Of a stretch of 64,000 nt of DNA, positions 56,949 to 64,000 are shown piece after piece. Each line of letters begins with the position of its first letter. The first letter of the stretch is position 1. The translations under genes were made by a program, and so were the position numbers. This DNA comes from Octopus vulgaris (Eukaryota): NCBI GenBank assembly GCA_951406725.2, contig OX597828.1, positions 22,940,001 to 23,004,000 on the forward strand, in the 5' to 3' direction. Under the pieces are notes generated by a model, which saw nothing but the letters and a program-made list of their open reading frames with translations, was not told the DNA's origin and did not search any database.

Positions 56949-58282
56949 CAGGTTTCTCTTCTTCGCAATCCATTATTTTCTTCTCTATGTCTATTGTTTT
57001 TGTCGAAGTCTGTATGACGAAAAGTAAGTCTTCTTATCATCCTCAGCGTAAACATAATATGAACTATATATTTATCTTTTAACTCGTCTTCGTGTTTACC
57101 ATTATTTGTGTGAGTGTGTATATATCTCTCGCTCAGAGATTTAATATAACATTCTGTCTCTTCTACAAGATCAGCGACAAAGAGTCACAACAAAAAGATA
57201 TAGTAAATTGCAAGTGGAATGAGATTGCATCACTAGCTTATGATAAAGACACGATGAGGACGGGTAACCACACAGAAACTTTTGTCCATGTGTATCACGT
57301 AAGCCTAGAGATGGGAGTTAGGACCTCCCATCGCAAATAATAACAGGACACAGTATGCGTGTCGTTAGCCAACTGGAGGAGATGTCTTCCTGGGGCTATA
57401 AACATCAATAGTACTGTCTTATATATGACACAACATTTAGTTGGTAAATTTATGTTACGGTTCCGTACTCCTACTGTTTATATGTCGCTGAGAAAGTTAA
57501 TATATATATATATGTGCGTGTATGTGTGTGTGTGTGTAAACTGGGTATGTCAAATTGAGTTAGAGTAAGACCATTGCTAATCTCTGTTTATACAAATGTT
57601 CTGAGATTGCAAGAAGTTTTTGTGGGTTAATTTATTTTCATTGGATTCGTGTTGCACAGCATTGATCCGATTTCTCATCATAATCATTTCTCCAACCAAT
57701 ATTACAACAAATCCTCAGACACCCAGACACCAACAGCAATTCAGGAATAACATTTATTGGAGTTTACCAGTTCTCATAATGAATTTAGAACAACAAGTAG
57801 GATGTGTTCACTGTCCTTGGTTCACATGCAGTTATCCCGTAGATGCAACTCTGGCGTGCTCTAACTCCTGCTCAAAGTAGACTTGGCAACAATGGAGGCG
57901 AAAAGGCGGTTCCGCATTACTCAAGAGCATATAACGTCAAACCAAGGATGCTATTTCAAGTCGTGCCCATGCTATGTATTCACAGACACACAACAACAAC
58001 AACAACAACAACAACTAGACACACAAACGCACACATACGCACACTTATATATACAGAAGTACATGATGTATGTATATATATACATATATATATATATATA
58101 AACATATTTATTTGTAATACATAAACACACACACAACCGTGAGCACACACACAAACGCTCACACACACACAGACACACACATATCCATAGGAATACATGT
58201 GCGTCCGCTTGGCAATTAAACATTTACGCATGCGTTCCCTCTATGTATATACACAAGCATATATTAATACTGCCGTGAATTT

Positions 58283-58378
<96 letters not shown>

Positions 58379-58891
58379 GCATGCACGCTCATGACTTTTA
58401 TTCGCGCGTCTGTTAAAACGTTTACTCACGCAAGTGTGCGTGTGTGTGGGAATATATTTAGTGTATACGTATGCAAAAGCGTCAGTGCGAGAGCGCGTGC
58501 CTGTGTGTGTATGAGTGCGTGGAGTACCATTGAGGAACGGCGCAAAAGCTGACAAACGAGTCGGTATTTTCAATTAAGTGGATACAAAACGAAATGAAGA
58601 GGAATAAGAAGAGCCATATTTCAGCGATTGGATAATTAACACGTGGGTGTAAACATTTGATTCATTCGTAGAGAGATGAAGCATAAACGAAGCCTTGTAA
58701 TTGTTTCAATGTCTACTTCACAAACGAAGGGTACACAGTAAGAGAGATTTTCATTATGCATACGTACACTATATAAGTATATACACACATATATAGATGT
58801 ATCTATATAAACATATACATATATTATTATCTATATAAATATAAACATATATATGCATGTATGTATATATATACATTTATATGTATGTATG

Positions 58892-58949
<58 letters not shown>

Positions 58950-58995
58950 TATAAATACATACATGCATAGATATATTGATATGCCTAGATATATG

Positions 58996-59026
<31 letters not shown>

Positions 59027-59083
59027 ATATATATATGCATGTATGTATTTACATAAATGTAAGTATATATGTGTGCATATAAA

Positions 59084-59127
<44 letters not shown>

Positions 59128-59536
59128 AGAAGCTAATTAGGCTGGTGTGCAGTGGCAATATATACACTCCGACATATTGGAATCTATATCTTACACGTGA
59201 TCACACACTCACACATAATCACATGCTTCTATGCATACAGATATCTAGATATCTATGTCTGTGTATACAAGTAAATGTATTTGTTCCTTGCCTTTGAAAA
59301 TCGGTGTTGGTGTGTTTGCGCCCCTGTAACATAATGTTTTGACCAATGCGATTGATAGCAAAAAATACGTTCTGGAGTACTGGCCGCAATCAAAGAAGCA
59401 TAATATGAATGCTACATACATATCTATGTGTGTGAGAGCGCGTATGTCTGTTTGTGTGCGTTAGTGTATTAATATACATAGATATACATACATAAACACA
59501 TATATAAGTGTATCCACACGCACACACGCACACACA

Positions 59537-59590
<54 letters not shown>

Positions 59591-59600
59591 ATATATATAT

Positions 59601-60008
59601 ACTCTTTACTCTTTTACTCTTTTACTTGTTTCAGTCATTTGACTGCGGCCTTGCTGGAGCACCGCCTTTAATCGAGCAACTCGATCCCGGGACTTATTCT
59701 TTTTGTAGAATTCTATCGGTCTCTTTTGCCGAACCGCTAAGTAACGGGGACATAAACACACCAGCATCGGTTGTCAAGCAATGCTAGGGGGACAAACACA
59801 GACACACAAACACACACACACACATATATATATACATATATACGACGGGCTTCTTTCAGTTTCCGTCTACCAAATCCACTCACAAGGCATTGGTCGGCCC
59901 GGGGCTATAGCAGAAGACACTTGCCCAAGATGCCACGCAGTGGGACTGAACCCGGAACCATGTGGTTGTTTAGCAAGCTACTTACCACACAGCCTCTCCT
60001 GCGCCTAT
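59601..60008 (-). mobile_element. Full-length young SINE family B copy inserted in (TA)n
   Basis: (ctctttta)n tail, body, and head ending 'ctcctgcgcctata'; TA runs on both sides. Confidence 0.95.
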
Positions 60009-60010
60009 AA

Positions 60011-60055
<45 letters not shown>

Positions 60056-61961
60056 AAATCTTTACATGTAAATTTGTTTTAGTGCAACAAAATTACAACC
60101 AATAAAACCATATCCAGCAACGCTAACACCACTACAACCACCATCATCACCACCTCCGCTCCCCGATAACACTACCGCCACTACCACAACCACAACCACC
60201 ACCACCACCACCACCACCACCACTGCCATCACAAACACCAACACCAACTAAGCATAAAAGAACCCCAACAACAACAACAGTAACAACCACGAAACCAAAG
60301 ACAACCATATTGAAAGTAACATTAATATTTTCCTATACATTTTTCTATGCGATAATTCAATTTCCACAATACACCTCTGAATTGCACAGTCTCGGCGATA
60401 TTTTTCATTGCTCACTCGTATCTTTATCGATCTAGTCTTTGTTACATTGGGATTATTCTGCCACACTTTTTGTCCTTTATATTTTCTGCTAAGGGTATTT
60501 TCATTGATATCAACGTCTATATAACCATTATATTTATTTTTTATTAATATTGTGTTCTTTTAAAAATTATCTGCATTTAGCGAAATAGATTATGATTATT
60601 TTTGTTTTTCTTTTAATTTTATTTTCAATACAAATTTCTTTGTGTTTTTTAAACTTTTAACTTTTCGTGGTTTTCATATTTTGGTCGGTAATTTTGTATA
60701 TCTGCTGCTGTTGTTGCTGTTGTTTTGTTACATTTGTGGTTGTTGTTGCTGTTGTAGTTTTGTTTTTGTTGTTGCTGTTTTGAGACTGTGTTGTGTTCTT
60801 TGTTTTCTTAATTTTTACTCGACTGATTTGTAATTTTTTTCCCTCATTTTGTTTCCTTTTTGTCCATGTATTTAGACGTTTCATTTTAGTTTTGACTTCT
60901 CTATTGTCTCGTGTTAAAATCCTGAAGCTTTCTAGTAATATTTTGTCGATATGTTGTAATTATTTATAATATAGACTTTTGTATGTTTAATGAGAAATAT
61001 GTACATCTGAGACGAAAAATATTATACGCTGTAACATCATCAAATTTATCAACAATAACAACTACAACAACAGCAATAAAATAAAAAAATATTTACAGCA
61101 ATATCAACCGCATCAAAAATTGCTATCATCAACTTGCAAAGCACAATCAAGAGCAATAAATACAATAACTAGTGCTTCATCTATAACAACATGATCAATA
61201 TCTAATGTATCTGCATCAATAATGCAGTAGAGTTACTAGCAACATTAAATAAATGAAGAATACTAACAGAAACAACAACAAAAAATAAAGTACAGCTGCA
61301 TCACCAACAGCAGTGAAATATGATTCACGTGCACAAAAGCTACTGCAACAAATACAAAAAGCAACAAAGACATCTGTATTGGCAGCACTCAATCGAGATG
61401 AACTGACGAAGGAGTCTGTATGCGGTCGCTCACTGTGTTAAAAGTAACCATCTAATATTCGCAAAACTCACCGTAGTATCTGATGCTAGTCGTCGCCACT
61501 ATAGGCGTTCAAGGTGTTGGCATGACTTGATATGCTTTCTTCATACTAGTAAGTTTTTTTCGGTTTAACTTGATATTTATTATGAACAAGTTCCACCATG
61601 CAATATCTTTGAATCTCAGTCAAGATTTTCCATGATTTCTTTATCCTTGCATCGTTTGGCGTAAAGGAATTCTATGTCATTGTCCATCAGGTGTAGGTGG
61701 TTCAACTAACGTGGATTTCCATCATAGGAGGCAGATCAGTATGCCGTATGATCTTTTCATTTCTGGTTTTCACCTCAAGAAAAGAAAAAAAGACAAAATT
61801 TAAAAAAAAACATATTCGACAAAATTATTCTGTATTCTTGGAACAAAAGTAAAATAAGGAATGGTAATTACTAAACTGCCTGGAAAACAGATATACCCAA
61901 CAAGGACCGACCGGAGGTTAAATAAAAACTGCAAAAAAAAGTAATAGGAAGTAGTACTCTA

Positions 61962-62565
61962 GCAAAAATTCGATCAACTGTCCACTAGCGAAAATTCGAT
62001 CAACTGTTCCCTGGTGTAAATTCTATTGATCAACTCGATCAACTGCCCACTAGCACAAATTCGATCAAATGTCCATTTGTGCTAATTCGGTCAACTGTCC
62101 ACTGGTGTAAATTCGATTAACTGTCCACTAGTGCAAATTCGATCAAGTGTCCACTAGCGAAAATTCGATCAACTGTCCACTAGCGCAAATTCGATCAACT
62201 GTCCACTGGTGTAAATTCGATCAACTGTCCACTAACGCAAATTCGATGAACTGCCTACTGGTCTAAATTCGATCAACTGTCCACTAGTGTAAATTCGATC
62301 AACTGTCTACTTGTGCAAATTCGATCAACTGTCAACTAGCGAAAATTCGATCAACTGTCCATTTGTGCTAATTCGGTCAACTGTCCACTGGTGTAAATTC
62401 CATCAACTGTCCACTAGCCCAAATTCGATCAACTGTCCACTAGTGTATATTCGATCAACTGCCTACTTGTGCAAATTCGATCAATCGTCCACTAGCGAAA
62501 ATTCGATCAACTGTCCACTGGTGCAAGTTCGATCAACTGTCCACTGGTCTAAATCCGATCAACTC
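61962..62565. repeat. 26-bp minisatellite (aaattcgatcaactgtccactagcg/ggtgt), about 23 units
   Basis: aaattcgatc recurs at 62161, 62187 and 62213 (period 26). Confidence 0.97.
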
Positions 62566-63407
62566 ACTCGGATTTTTACCACTTGATTTAATCTCACTCG
62601 ATTTGCTGTAAATCGACAAGGAAGTCCTGTTATTGATCCCATATTGTAATAAAATATATATGGGATGCGGTAATCCTTGATGAAGTGCATTTGAATAATT
62701 GAGGAATGATAAGGGTTGGAAATCTTTTGATGATAACGTTTCGATATTGGTAATATGTATGAGACAAAAATGAGAGATTGCACACGGTCGCTTGATAACC
62801 TTAAAAGAGCAGCCAACTCCCATTCAAATCAAATGCTACTGGATTAAGTCTAATGGGGGGAGAATGCTCAATATAATCGTACATATAAATGAGAATTTTC
62901 GAGAGAGCCACGGTTGAAGAGAATTAGATCATAGATATGGACAATCCTCTCCGTCTAGAGGAGGTCAATGATAATAATCATTTCTACTACAGTTGCAAGG
63001 GCGGGATATTTTGAAAGAGGAAGCTGAGCACGTATGAATGTGAACTCAGAACGGAAACAAAACATGAATACCCATGGTAGCAAACGCATCAGCAACAATT
63101 ACAGAGATATCCTCAGCTCTGTCATAGTAATTCTAGCATTGGTATAAAATGTTTTAGACTCGCACATACACACATATACATATATACTTTTAACACTTTC
63201 AGTCCGACGCTGTGGCCATGCTGGGGTAGGGAAAATCGTCTCATCTATACTTAGTTGTTGTTTGTAATTACTTCCCTATTTTTTTTATTTTGTGGAGGTA
63301 TCTATTTTTTCTCATTTCCTTACACTTTATTCTCCTGCATACGGGACATAATTTACACTCAACACTAACGGACGCTTAAATTGATTATATGTGTGTGTGT
63401 GTATTCA

Positions 63408-63489
<82 letters not shown>

Positions 63490-64000
63490 CATATATAGCT
63501 ATATATACATATTTGTATGAGTACGTACATGTACACAAACAAACTTATTTACAAAACGTTTCTCTCTTTTTCTCCCAGTGTAAAGATGTGTGTGTATATA
63601 TACATGTGTATATGTGTGAGTATATGAGTGTGTGTAGGTGTATAAATGTATACCGACAACATTAAGAACACCACCAAATCCATCAACGTCAACGACGCCT
63701 CCTACACCAAATAGCAAATATAAGCAAAAATGTGCATAACGGCCTAATAGCATAACCAACACATAGAACATCAGCAACAAGGCGAGTAACTTAACAACAT
63801 AGAGTAATGTTAGCAATAGTAGCAGAATTAGCAACAGCTACATCAAAAATAACTACATCGTACTGGTAAAATGACGTTAATAGCCGCTGTAATAATGGCC
63901 GCCGCGATAATGGCCGCGTTGCCGTTATTGCTAAGTAAGTGTTCAGACTAATAATTACGGTTGTTCTGCTTCACATTGCTGGTATTATTAGTGTTGACGC

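Noticed and set aside
59771-60050. Similar ORFs at 36213, 43215, 45596 and 59771 (RRASFSFRLPNPLTR..)
   Set aside because: Incidental frames of SINE B copies, not a gene family
61962-62586. CRISPR-like array or 91-aa repeat protein
   Set aside because: The variable part is only about 8 nt and recurs, there are no cas genes, the context is eukaryotic, and the 26-bp period is not a codon multiple

Overview
AT-rich, gene-poor animal DNA dominated by very long microsatellites ((TA)n, (TG)n, (GATA)n, (TATG)n, (AAT)n, (CAT)n) and at least four families of short interspersed repeats. The repeat repertoire fits a coleoid cephalopod, most likely Octopus (inference from recall, not from a search). No host protein-coding exon can be supported. 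Nearly all ORFs in the track are microsatellite read-throughs, and the only recognisable protein is a broken RTE-clade LINE reverse transcriptase (YADD) at about 24.5-25.1 kb on the minus strand. The most notable unexplained signal is a dispersed set of minimal type-I hammerhead-ribozyme-like motifs (CTGANGA - stem II - GAAA(C) - NTH). Several sit in short islands embedded in (TA)n tracts and resemble remnants of Penelope-like elements or non-autonomous retrozymes. Other features: several fold-back inverted repeats that could form dsRNA, a trimeric SINE with target-site duplications, same-orientation SINE arrays, and 15-bp and 26-bp minisatellites. Coordinates were counted by eye, and the boundaries of decayed repeats are approximate.
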